From assembly GCA_036726225.1 (NCBI GenBank), contig DAIMCS010000001.1:69776-133775 (forward strand): a DNA stretch of 64,000 bases, read 5' to 3'. Under the pieces are notes generated by a model, which was not told where the DNA came from, did not search any database, and worked only from the letters and a program-made list of their open reading frames with translations. Shown here piece after piece: positions 48,104 to 58,159 of the stretch. Both the position numbers and the translations under genes were made by a program. The DNA is from Patescibacteria group bacterium. Lineage in GTDB: Bacteria; Patescibacteriota; Doudnabacteria; UBA920. How positions within the stretch are numbered: the first letter of the stretch is position 1; every line of letters starts with the position of its first letter.

Positions 48104-49126
48104 CTATTCGTTCCTTAAAGCAAGGCCTATGGCTATGGAAAGATTCAAAGCGTTGCGTTTTAAAATTGGCTCCAGGCTTTGGCTATAACCGACAGCTGCC
48201 AAAGGGTTACCCAATTCAACTTTTACTTTCAAATCTTCAAAAAAACTTACTATTTCCGGCAAATTTGCGCCGCCTCCCACTAATAAGATTTTTTCTACCT
48301 TTGTGTTTTGTGACTGATAAATGGTCAAAAGCTGCTTGACTTCATTTTTTATTGAATCCAAAACCGGCCTTATGGTTTCCGGGATTAAAGTTGCTTTACT
48401 TACGCCAAAATCTTTTTTAAATTGTTCCGCCCGATAACGGCTGATTTTAAGAGTTTCCGCAATTTTATCTGTAATTGTGTCACCACCCAAGTTCAAATTT
48501 CGTGATAATCTTAAAAATCCGTTTTCTATAATATTAACCCCCGTGGCTCTGGCACCTATATCTATTATAACACAATTAATAGGTAGTCCCCCAATTAATG
48601 ACCGAATAAGCGCAAGAGCTTCAATTTCCCCGGTTTCCGGACGCAAACCCGCCAAAGCAAAAACCTTCATATAGTTTTCCGTAATCTGTTTTGGCACTGC
48701 AGTAAGCAAAACTTTTATTTGCTCATTCGTAGCTCCGCCGGCAATTACCGACCAGCCTAAATTGGTCTCCGATATTGGCAAGGGCACATATTTTTTTGCC
48801 TCAAATTCCACTGCCGAAGCCAGTTCCTTGTTGCTCATTTTAGGCAAACTAATAACCGAGGTAAAAACTGCGCTATTAGGGAGGCTAATGACGCAGCGTT
48901 TGGTGGTAACTCCGGCTCTGGCAAGCAAATCCTTTAAAACATGGGCCATTTGGGCAATTACTTGCTCGTCATTCTTTCCGCCTAACTGGTAATCAACATT
49001 TACTAACCCGTAAGTGTCCAAAACCGGCTTTGGGTTGTGGGAAATTTGGGCAAGTTTAATGTTAGATGTGCCAATATCTACACCTATAATGGATTTTTGC
49101 TTACCAAAAAAATTAGAAAACAACAT
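48104..49126 (-). CDS. pilM: Type IV pilus assembly ATPase-like actin-fold protein
   Basis: IIGVDIGTSNIKLAQIS. 340 aa. Confidence 0.75.
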   Translation of the reverse strand: MLFSNFFGKQKSIIGVDIGTSNIKLAQISHNPKPVLDTYGLVNVDYQLGGKNDEQVIAQMAHVLKDLLARAGVTTKRCVISLPNSAVFTSVISLPKMSNKELASAVEFEAKKYVPLPISETNLGWSVIAGGATNEQIKVLLTAVPKQITENYMKVFALAGLRPETGEIEALALIRSLIGGLPINCVIIDIGARATGVNIIENGFLRLSRNLNLGGDTITDKIAETLKISRYRAEQFKKDFGVSKATLIPETIRPVLDSIKNEVKQLLTIYQSQNTKVEKILLVGGGANLPEIVSFFEDLKVKVELGNPLAAVGYSQSLEPILKRNALNLSIAIGLALRNE

Positions 49127-49307
49127 CGGGCTTTTTTTGTTATTTTGGTTTCAAAAAGTGAAAGGAATCTAATTAATAATAATATAATTTACGAGTATTG
49201 TCAAAATTTCGGATATTTGGTAAAATTTGATGGAATTGGTTTAAAAGGCTCCCAAAAAATCAAGCAACTTTTTAGGAAAAAAGTACTACCACAAATCGGG
49301 ACAACGC

Positions 49308-49382
49308 GCGCGTGTGTAGCTCAGTGGTAGAGCACGTCACTGATAATGACGGGGTCGCAGGTTCGATCCCTGCCACACGCAC
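49308..49382 (+). tRNA. tRNA-Ile (anticodon GAT)
   Basis: D arm GCTC-AGTGGTA-GAGC. Anticodon loop CTGATAA. T arm GCAGG-TTCGATC-CCTGC. 3' CCA encoded. Confidence 0.8.
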
Positions 49383-49387
49383 CACAA

Positions 49388-49516
49388 CAGGTCAATCGTT
49401 CTTTCGGCTTCCGCGTCCTGAAAAATTCAGGCCGCTGCAGCCTGCAGAACGTTGCCCTTCATCACAAAAATCCGTGCTCGATTCGCTTTCGCGAATCTGC
49501 GCTCCTGATTTTTGTG
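49388..49516 (+). repeat. Conserved structured tRNA 3'-flank module, copy 1: GGTCAATCGTTCTTTCGGCTTCCGCGTCC-[CTGAAAAATTCAG]-GCCGCTGCAGCCTGCAGAACGTTGCCC... It ends in hairpin-repeat copy D at 49463-49516.
   Basis: Aligns base for base with 49928-50076 and with the reverse complement of 10808-10942. Confidence 0.7.
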
Positions 49517-49581
49517 AATTAAAGGCTCCGCGTTTTAGGAGCCTTGACAAGCCCTTTAGACTCTAAATTAAAAACAAAAAT

Positions 49582-49803
49582 ATGAGATTTCTTTTTGCCC
49601 CACTATTATTCGCATTAGGCGTGCTGTGCATGAAGTATTCTGTATTTATTACCGACCAATTCACGGGACGAATTGATATGGCGGAAAAAATTTTTGGCGC
49701 CGGGATGGGCGCAGGCACATATACTTGGTGGAAACTTTTTGGTTTAGGCATGTGTATTTTAAGTCTTTTGTGGATTACCGGTTATTTAAAATTTGGAATT
49801 TAA
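49582..49803 (+). CDS. Possible small two-TM membrane protein between tRNA-Ile and tRNA-Ala (no SD; doubtful)
   Basis: ORF track only. Confidence 0.2.
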   Translation: MRFLFAPLLFALGVLCMKYSVFITDQFTGRIDMAEKIFGAGMGAGTYTWWKLFGLGMCILSLLWITGYLKFGI

Positions 49804-49849
49804 AAATCCTCCGCAAAAACGAGGAGCGCAGTTCCGACAAGTCTGACGA

Positions 49850-49925
49850 GGGCCCTTAGCTCATTTGGTAGAGCGCCACATTTGCAATGTGGAGGTGACC
49901 GGTTCGAGCCCGGTAGGGTCCACCA
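49850..49925 (+). tRNA. tRNA-Ala (anticodon TGC) with the G3:U70 identity pair
   Basis: Acceptor GGGCCCT/AGGGTCC. Anticodon loop TTTGCAA. T arm ACCGG-TTCGAGC-CCGGT. Discriminator A followed by CCA. Confidence 0.85.
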
Positions 49926-49927
49926 CG

Positions 49928-50076
49928 GGTCAATCATTCTTACGGCTTACGCGTCCCCGAAAGTCGGGGCCGCTTCAGCCTTCAGAATGTTGCCCCTTAT
50001 CCCAAAAACCCCTGCCTGCCGGCAGGCAGGCGTACTCGTCCCAATGGAAATTGGGACTCCGTTCCTGGTTTTTGGG
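49928..50076 (+). repeat. Conserved structured tRNA 3'-flank module, copy 2. Its inner hairpin CCCCGAAAGTCGGGG covaries with the copy-1 hairpin. It ends in hairpin-repeat copy E (50001-50076), which carries an extra GC hairpin CCTGCCTGCCGGCAGGCAGG.
   Basis: Seen directly. Confidence 0.7.
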
Positions 50077-50098
50077 AACCCTAATATAAACAAAAATT

Positions 50099-50122
50099 AC
50101 CGCCTAATGGGCGGTTTTTTGT
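50099..50122 (+). terminator. Intrinsic terminator ACCGCC-TAATG-GGCGGT followed by TTTTTTG
   Basis: Seen directly. Confidence 0.7.
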
Positions 50123-50131
50123 TATAATTGA

Positions 50132-51421
50132 TTGGTGATAAAAAAATTGATACAAAAATATCCTTTTGAAACTGGCTTTGCGGCGCTGGCAATGCTTAGC
50201 CGCCTGCCCTCATTGTCCAATTTTAATTTTGCCAATTTTCCGGAATTTTACCGCGACTACTATATGGCCGAAAATATTTTGCTGGGGCATATTCCCCTGC
50301 TCGGTCCGCCTTCAATGCAGGCGCATTTTAATTTTGGGCCCGTCTATTACTACATCCTCTCCCCATTTCTGTTCATCTTCGGAGGGCATCCCTCGGCCCT
50401 TATTTTTGCAGGTTTTTTACTTTACACCCTTTCCGCAATAGTTTTTTATAAACTCCTAAAGCTTTGGCTGCACGACGGTTATTCGGCAAAAGTGGGGACA
50501 CTTTTTTACGCCATTGCCATCTATGGAATTCATTTAACTTCTTACATCTCAAACCCAAACTTTTTGCCGCTGTTTGTGCTGCTGTATTTTTATTATCTAA
50601 GTAAGATAGTACAGTTAGAGGAATCCGGCTATAAAAATTATTTTATTTTAGGACTAGTCTTTGGCATAGCTGCCCAACTGCACGTAACTGCCGCTATCCT
50701 GCTTCTTGCTTCAGTCTGGCCGGTTGCAAAAATTTTCAAACATCAAAATTTTACTTCAACTTTAAAAAAAATAGGGGTGGGGTTACTGGGAGTAATTTTT
50801 ATTTCTGCGCCATACGTCTGGTTTGAGCTTACCCACAAATTCCAAAATCTGTTGAGCCTTTTAGGTTTTGGTCAAAACCATTTAACCGGCGGCGGGACCG
50901 CAAACGGCCTTGAAGCAGTTTTAAACTTTTTTTCCGCCGCCATAAACCCCTTTGAGCTCAAAAATAGTTATTCTTATTTAGAACCAAACTTTCTTTATGC
51001 TTTTGTGGCGGTGGCGGCCGCTGCTTTGGCTATGATTGTGATTTTCGCCGCAATAAAAAATAAATCGCCCATTTCAAAGAATAAAATCTTTTCCACAACT
51101 GCGCAAAAAATCCTGCTCGGTTGGTTTGGGTTTGGGTTACTTTTAACTTTACTGTTTAATCGCGGATTGCACGACCACTATTTAATTATTCTTTGGCCTC
51201 TGCCCGCAATTTTAATTGCAGCCGCAGCGCAGTGGCTAAAAAATTGGCTAAACGTTACTTACCCCTTTGTCATATTTATTGCGTTAATCAGCGCTCTGCA
51301 GCTTTACTCTTTTTACCACAAACCCACCTTAAGCTGGCAGGAATTTTTTGGCATCTACCCGGTGCGCTACCAAAACAACCCCAACACCGCGGACATAGGC
51401 TTTTCTCCCGTTCAATGGTAA
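50132..51421 (+). CDS. Polytopic membrane protein, GT-C-fold glycosyltransferase-like, paralog 3. The start is uncertain: a TATAAT box sits 4 nt upstream, so the mRNA may be leaderless.
   Basis: EFYRDYY...LLGPPSMQAHFNFGPVYYY. Confidence 0.45.
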   Translation: MVIKKLIQKYPFETGFAALAMLSRLPSLSNFNFANFPEFYRDYYMAENILLGHIPLLGPPSMQAHFNFGPVYYYILSPFLFIFGGHPSALIFAGFLLYTLSAIVFYKLLKLWLHDGYSAKVGTLFYAIAIYGIHLTSYISNPNFLPLFVLLYFYYLSKIVQLEESGYKNYFILGLVFGIAAQLHVTAAILLLASVWPVAKIFKHQNFTSTLKKIGVGLLGVIFISAPYVWFELTHKFQNLLSLLGFGQNHLTGGGTANGLEAVLNFFSAAINPFELKNSYSYLEPNFLYAFVAVAAAALAMIVIFAAIKNKSPISKNKIFSTTAQKILLGWFGFGLLLTLLFNRGLHDHYLIILWPLPAILIAAAAQWLKNWLNVTYPFVIFIALISALQLYSFYHKPTLSWQEFFGIYPVRYQNNPNTADIGFSPVQW

Positions 51422-51475
51422 GTAAAATAACTTTGATAAGCTGGAAATTTTCATATATAATAGATAAATAAACTA

Positions 51476-53089
51476 ATGCTCCAAACCTTTAAAAAAGCTA
51501 GCGATGTTGCTTTAGCCGAAATAGCCGAAGAAAAAAAAATCCGAAAAACGGATGAACTATTTCTGCTCTTTAGCATGGGCAGCCAGTTTGATCATTTGAT
51601 CAAACAAAAACTCGACGCCTTGGGCGTTTTTTGTTTAGTGGCAGACCCTGCCTCTGTTACGGCCGAAGATGTACAAAAGATTGGGCCGATAGGAATAATT
51701 TTATCCGGCGGCCCGGCTTCAGCTTACGAAGAACCCCCCTTTGACGGAAAAATTTTTAACCTTGATGTGCCAATTTTAGGCGTGTGCCTGGGTTTTCAAA
51801 TGTGGGCGCACCATATTGGCGTTAAAGTTTCTCTTTCTGCCAAGCGGGAATTTGGCACACATACCTTCACTATTTTGAAAAACTCTCCGCTTTTTGAAGG
51901 CTTGCCAAAAGAATCTAAGGCTATGGAAACCCACGGTGACATTATTTCTCCGGATGAAAAGTTAACAGTAATCGGGACCACCGACAACACTCCGGTAGCC
52001 GCAGGCCAATATAAAAATTTATACGGCGTGCAGTTCCATCCGGAAGTTACGGAAACCGAATACGGAAATAAAATTTACGAAAATTTTTGCTTTAAAATTT
52101 GCGGAGCGAAAGATAAATTTCCGGCTTCACAGATTGCTAAAAAGAAAATTGAAGATTTAAAAAACCAAATCGGCGACAAAAAAGTTTTGCTTGCTCTTTC
52201 TGGCGGCACCGACTCATCCGTAGTCGCCTATCTGCTGAAAGAAGCTATCTCCCACCTCCTAATTCCTAATTCCTCTCCCAGCATTTTAGGCGTCTACATA
52301 AAAGGTATTGACCGTCCCGATGACGAAGCCAATGTGGAAAAATATTTTGGTAAGCAGGCCTGGATGGAAATTAAAACCGTGGATGCCACCACTGAATTCC
52401 TCGAAGCACTAAAAGGTAAAACCGGAATGAATGATAAAAGACTGGCAATGAGGGGAATTTATAAAAACATTTTAGAGCAGGAAGCAAAATCTTTTGGGGC
52501 GGATTTTATTGCCCAGGGAACTTTATATACGGACATTTCCGAAAGCGGCGGGGGCTATGACAGCGGCGCTAAAAAAGCGCAAATAAAAATCCACCATAAT
52601 GTGGACCTGAAATTTTCTTTGCCGGAAATTCAGCCTTTGTCGGATTGTGTTAAAGACACAGGCCGACAGCTTGGAAAATCTTTGGGCGTGCCCGATGATT
52701 TGCTGTTAAGGCAGCCTTTCCCCGGCCCCGGGTTGGTGGTTAGAATTGAAGGCGAAGTAACAGCAGAAAAATTACACACCGCAAGATTAGTGGACGGCAT
52801 TTATATTGAGGAAATGCGGAAATGGAAACTTTACGATGAAATTTGGCAAGCCGGCGCAGTAGTTACCAACTCAATGACCACCTGCACTAAAGGCGACGAT
52901 GCTGCCGAAGGCCACGTAATTGCTCTTTGGGCGGTTTGGTCTATTAATGGTTTTACAGCCAGGGCCGCTGAACTTCCCTACGAATTTTTAAAACGTGTTT
53001 CCCAAAGAATGACTAACGAGATAAGGGAAGTTGGCGGAGTAGTTTATAGGATTTCTGACAAACCCCCGGTTACTATTGAGTGGGGATGA
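51476..53089 (+). CDS. guaA: GMP synthase (glutamine-hydrolysing)
   Basis: GATase1 catalytic Cys in GVCLGFQ. PP-loop LALSGGTDSS. Confidence 0.85.
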   Translation: MLQTFKKASDVALAEIAEEKKIRKTDELFLLFSMGSQFDHLIKQKLDALGVFCLVADPASVTAEDVQKIGPIGIILSGGPASAYEEPPFDGKIFNLDVPILGVCLGFQMWAHHIGVKVSLSAKREFGTHTFTILKNSPLFEGLPKESKAMETHGDIISPDEKLTVIGTTDNTPVAAGQYKNLYGVQFHPEVTETEYGNKIYENFCFKICGAKDKFPASQIAKKKIEDLKNQIGDKKVLLALSGGTDSSVVAYLLKEAISHLLIPNSSPSILGVYIKGIDRPDDEANVEKYFGKQAWMEIKTVDATTEFLEALKGKTGMNDKRLAMRGIYKNILEQEAKSFGADFIAQGTLYTDISESGGGYDSGAKKAQIKIHHNVDLKFSLPEIQPLSDCVKDTGRQLGKSLGVPDDLLLRQPFPGPGLVVRIEGEVTAEKLHTARLVDGIYIEEMRKWKLYDEIWQAGAVVTNSMTTCTKGDDAAEGHVIALWAVWSINGFTARAAELPYEFLKRVSQRMTNEIREVGGVVYRISDKPPVTIEWG

Positions 53090-53191
53090 CTTTACGGAGT
53101 ACGGAGAGAACATTACGGATATACGAATTTTAAAAACCACCGGTTTAAGGTGGTTTTTCCGTATATCCGTATGAGTCCGTATTCCGTAAAG
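53090..53191. terminator. About 100-nt extended imperfect palindrome between the convergent guaA and guaB genes, with the central terminator AAAAACCACC-GGTTTAA-GGTGGTTTTT
   Basis: Outer arms CTTTACGGAGTACGGA / TCCGTATTCCGTAAAG and ACGGATATACG / CGTATATCCGT. Confidence 0.6.
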
Positions 53192-54286
<1,095 letters not shown>

Positions 54287-54445
54287 TTAGTAATTAATGA
54301 ATCCTGAAGAGATAAAAAATGTTATTACTTTTCAAAAACGATTAATAACAAAATGAATCTCTAACGGGATCATATTGAAAGGATTCTACCACAACACCTA
54401 CTTCTATGTCAACCGACTTTATAACTTTACAAACTTTAAGAACTT

Positions 54446-55897
54446 TTAACCTGCTCTTACTACCATCGCCTCCCTGCCCGGGCCGGTGCCGACCAACAAA
54501 ACAGGAACGCCGAGATGTTTTTCCAAACGCGATAAAAATTCTTTGGCAGACGGCGGCAATTTTGACTCATCGTTAATTCCAAAAATACTTTCTTCAAAAC
54601 ACGGCCAGTCTTCTTTTATAATTTCTACCGATGATAACTCCCAGGCCGCAGGCAGTTTGCCCGGTGGTAAAATCTCGCCTTTGTATTTATACCCTAAAAC
54701 CACGGGAATTGATTTAAGGCCTGAAAGCATATCAAATCGGGTTAATGCAATATATTTTGGCCCGTTAATGCGGATAGCATACTGCAGCCAGGGAATGTCT
54801 AAAAATCCTACCGATCTACCCCGGCCCGTGGTTGCCCCGCGCTCATCACCCAAAACCTGGAAGTATTGCGACATTTCTGCCGGCGATGCAGATTGGGAAT
54901 TAATTTTTTCAAGCATTGATGATAAAAATTTATCCTTCGCCTCGCCTTTGGAAAATAATTCAAGATGTTCCTTAGCAAAACCCATTGCCGCTTCCCTCTC
55001 CCACATCTCGGACGGAAATGGCCCGTTGCCCACGCGCGTGGGTAAAGTTTTGGCAACTATTATAGCAACCGGAAAATTATCCATAGGCAGTCCCGTGCCA
55101 ATGGAAGCGCCGGTGGCAACAGAGTTGCCTGAAGAGACGAAAGGATATGTCCCCCACCAGGCATCGAGTCCCGTTGCCTGCGCGCCTTCAAACAAAATCT
55201 TTTTGCCTTTTTTTAACTCTTCGTGCAGCAAAAAACCGGTGTCTTCCACAAAATCTTTTATTAAATTCGCTTGATCCAATAATTGCTTTAATACTGAATC
55301 GACAGAAGGAAATTCATCTGTGCCCACTTTTAAAACCTCAACACACGGCAATAAAACTTTATACAAACTTTCTAAGGATGCTTTAAGCAAATCCGGCTCA
55401 AATAAAAACCCGACCAGGGGAGCCAAACGCAGTTTATACAAACCTTCCAAAGGCCCAATGCCTTTGTTGGTGGTGCCGATTTTTTTATTCCCCCGCATTA
55501 CTTCTATGTAAGTTTCCATTAAGCGGTGGTACGGCGTCCACAAGGTGGCTTGTTTGTCTATGTATATGGGCGCAAGCTTGCCGCCTAAAACTGCTTTAGT
55601 TTCCTCCAGCTCCTTAATAAATAATTCCAAATTAAAAAATTCCCCGCGAGCCAGAACGCAAATTTTGTTTTGCGCAAGCCCGCAAGGAATTAAATGACTG
55701 ACTAATTTTTGACCCGTTGGGGTAAAAACCGTATGTCCGGCATTTGAGCCGCCGGAAAACCTGGTAACTATGTCAAAATTCTCCATTATAAGGTCTATGA
55801 CCTTACCTTTGCCTTCATCTCCCCAATTGGCGCCTACGACAATAAGGGTTTGGTAATTTTTGAAAACCTCCCGAAGTTTCTGCTTTGTATCTGACAT
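54446..55897 (-). CDS. purA: Adenylosuccinate synthetase (unusually long, 483 aa)
   Basis: GANWGDEGKGK P-loop. Confidence 0.8.
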   Translation of the reverse strand: MSDTKQKLREVFKNYQTLIVVGANWGDEGKGKVIDLIMENFDIVTRFSGGSNAGHTVFTPTGQKLVSHLIPCGLAQNKICVLARGEFFNLELFIKELEETKAVLGGKLAPIYIDKQATLWTPYHRLMETYIEVMRGNKKIGTTNKGIGPLEGLYKLRLAPLVGFLFEPDLLKASLESLYKVLLPCVEVLKVGTDEFPSVDSVLKQLLDQANLIKDFVEDTGFLLHEELKKGKKILFEGAQATGLDAWWGTYPFVSSGNSVATGASIGTGLPMDNFPVAIIVAKTLPTRVGNGPFPSEMWEREAAMGFAKEHLELFSKGEAKDKFLSSMLEKINSQSASPAEMSQYFQVLGDERGATTGRGRSVGFLDIPWLQYAIRINGPKYIALTRFDMLSGLKSIPVVLGYKYKGEILPPGKLPAAWELSSVEIIKEDWPCFEESIFGINDESKLPPSAKEFLSRLEKHLGVPVLLVGTGPGREAMVVRAG

Positions 55898-56044
55898 GCC
55901 TTAGTAATATACTACAAAAATAAAAAGCGCGCCAATGCCTGTATAGGCACTGGCGCACGAATGTGTACTGCTTAAAGCCCCGGACAAAATTTTCTCCATT
56001 GCTTTTTTGCCTCCTGCCAAGCGTTCCTGTTCTGCTCACCGGAG

Positions 56045-56233
56045 CTACTTTTGTTTCTTAATTTTCCAGTGAGAAAACAAATACTTGTGCCCGCACCTAG
56101 GACATTGCCACGCTCCTTTGACAGGGTCAGCGTCTCGTCCATGGAACATTTCAACTATGAGGTGACAATGCAGGCACATTGTAGGATTGCTTAAAACTTT
56201 ATCCGGTTTAGGTTTCTTTTCCCCGATTCCCAT
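56045..56233 (-). CDS. Small zinc-ribbon protein (62 aa)
   Basis: CLHCH...CPRCGH. AAGGAGGGATT SD. Confidence 0.5.
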   Translation of the reverse strand: MGIGEKKPKPDKVLSNPTMCLHCHLIVEMFHGRDADPVKGAWQCPRCGHKYLFSHWKIKKQK

Positions 56234-56339
56234 AATCCCTCCTTAAGGGATTTAACTATATATCAAAATCTCTCCAAAATCAACAACAAAAAAGCCGCCC
56301 CTTTTAGGCGGCTTACTTAAAAACTTTTAAAAAACTAAC

Positions 56340-57596
56340 TTACCCTGCCCAAAACAGCAGGGCGGCAAAAATTACTACAAAACTGCTGTTTGCAATTAAA
56401 GAAAGATGCTGGACGTGGCGCTTTATTGCAATGGCTAAAATTAACACGGAAAGCAGGCCAGCAATAAAAATTAAATACACTTTGGCTTCAAAACTTTTGG
56501 GGTCAAAAGTCCGGTTTAGAAAAGTTGCGTACGTGGGCGGCGTACTCCCCACGGTATGGTAATTCTGCTGGATGCTGGCCGCAAAGTCAGCCAGCTGCAG
56601 CTGCACACTTTCTCCTTTTATGTCGAAAGCTTTAATTGTTACTTCTTTGTTGCTTTGGGTCAAGCTGCCCAATACCATTTGCCCTACCCAAACATTGCCT
56701 TCCCTGGGCGAAAGCATAACCGCCTGCTGTCCAAAATAGGCAATAACTTTTACGGCCGGGCCTTCGACTTGGGCGGTAATTTCCACATTGTCCCCCAAAA
56801 TTTTTACTTCGCCGCTTTTAACATTTAAAACTTTTAGGATGGGCTGTCGGTTTTCGCTTTGCCCTAAAGCAGAGCCCTGGGCAGGAGCAATATTATTTAT
56901 TGGCGGCGGCACAGCCTCAACCTGCACTACCGTAGGCTCCCCCTCAAGCGCCACTTGCTGCTCTATAGGCGTGCCGAACATTTGGACGACAAAAATCGCC
57001 GCATGCCCCTGGTATTGCCCTTGCGAAATACCAATGCCAATTTCTTCAAAATTTTTATTAAGGATATTGGCTTTATGGCCCGGACTATTCATCCACGCCT
57101 CTTCCACGTCTTCACTTTCCGTAAAATTTACGGCCAAATTCTCCCCGGCCATAATGTAGGTATAACCGGCGGCCTTAATAAATTCCCACGGACTTTTGCC
57201 GTCCGGCGTCAAATGGGAAAAATAGCCTTTTGCCAGCATATCGTCGGCTTTAGCCTGGGCTGCAATATCTAAAACCGAATTTTGGCTTAAAGCGGTTAAG
57301 CCAAAAGCTTTGCGGGATTCATTGGTTAAATTAATAATATTTTGCGCGGTGATGGCGGAGGAAAAAGCTGTCGCCGCCGGGCTTAAAGAAAGCGCGCTTA
57401 AGGTAAAAATTTTAACCCCAACTAAGAGGGCGGACATTAAAGCCAGGTTCCTGTGGCCCAAAATATGGGGATGGTAATTGTTGCGCGGGTGGGGTATGAA
57501 ATGGTCATGCAAATGCGCAGCAAAAACGCCTAAAGGAGCAAACGCTCTTTTTAGGCTTCTGTTTTGAAAGCCAATTAACTGCGCCACATATTCCAT
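56340..57596 (-). CDS. CAP/SCP (PR-1-like) domain protein with TM segments
   Basis: MAGENLA...WMNSPGHKANIL CAP signature. Confidence 0.6.
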   Translation of the reverse strand: MEYVAQLIGFQNRSLKRAFAPLGVFAAHLHDHFIPHPRNNYHPHILGHRNLALMSALLVGVKIFTLSALSLSPAATAFSSAITAQNIINLTNESRKAFGLTALSQNSVLDIAAQAKADDMLAKGYFSHLTPDGKSPWEFIKAAGYTYIMAGENLAVNFTESEDVEEAWMNSPGHKANILNKNFEEIGIGISQGQYQGHAAIFVVQMFGTPIEQQVALEGEPTVVQVEAVPPPINNIAPAQGSALGQSENRQPILKVLNVKSGEVKILGDNVEITAQVEGPAVKVIAYFGQQAVMLSPREGNVWVGQMVLGSLTQSNKEVTIKAFDIKGESVQLQLADFAASIQQNYHTVGSTPPTYATFLNRTFDPKSFEAKVYLIFIAGLLSVLILAIAIKRHVQHLSLIANSSFVVIFAALLFWAG

Positions 57597-57689
57597 TTTG
57601 ATTTTTTCCGCCGAAATTCAGCGGTTTTTGTTTTGGTTTCTTTAAATGAAAATCTTCCAATTATTTTGATTGGAAGATTACTTTATCTA

Positions 57690-57725
57690 TATGTATTATA
57701 GCACACTTTAAATTTTTTGTCTACC
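57690..57725 (-). promoter_or_regulatory. Promoter with the extended -10 AAAGTGTGCTATAAT for the CAP-domain gene. A 5' UTR hairpin CTTCCAATTATTTTGATTGGAAG lies at 57655-57680.
   Basis: The same AAGTGTGCTATA(A/T)T block recurs at 58135-58150 (minus) and 59297-59313 (plus). Confidence 0.5.
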
Positions 57726-57900
57726 CCGTTACGATTTCTCTGATAAAATTTTTAAATAAATTCCTTTTTGCAACAATCGTAGTGACCTTCTGACAGCGAG
57801 GTAACAGAAATTGGTACGGGGTCTACCCCCGGCGCAGAATTTTAGACTTCAATAAAAAAATTGTGATTCTGCCGGACGTTAATGTGGATGCGGTAAAAAA

Positions 57901-58092
57901 TTACTCTTTGTGTCCTGAAATGTTGGCAAAAGCCGGGACATCACTTTCAGTCGTGTCGCTTAAAACAATGTAGCCAACTAAAGAAATTCCGGTTACCACC
58001 AAAAAAACAATTGTCCACACAAACCAGCGGGCGTCGTAACCGTTTTGCGCTCCCGACACACTTACCGGATTGACTCCGTTATAAGTTCCCAT
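57901..58092 (-). CDS. Small membrane protein (63 aa)
   Basis: ORF track. Single TM helix. Own copy of the TGCTATAAT promoter at 58135-58150. Confidence 0.35.
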   Translation of the reverse strand: MGTYNGVNPVSVSGAQNGYDARWFVWTIVFLVVTGISLVGYIVLSDTTESDVPAFANISGHKE

Positions 58093-58159
58093 AATTTTAC
58101 AAGGTTAATTTTATATTTATTTTAGCTTACTGTATTATAGCACACTTTTTTAAAATTTG

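Noticed and set aside
49312-50127. ORFs 49312-49566 and 49865-50127 (plus strand)
   Set aside because: They are read through tRNA-Ile and tRNA-Ala and their conserved flank modules. They are spurious.
57780-57860. Possible tRNA near GGTACGGGGTCTACCCCCGG
   Set aside because: No T-loop (GTTCRANYC) or cloverleaf could be built on either strand.
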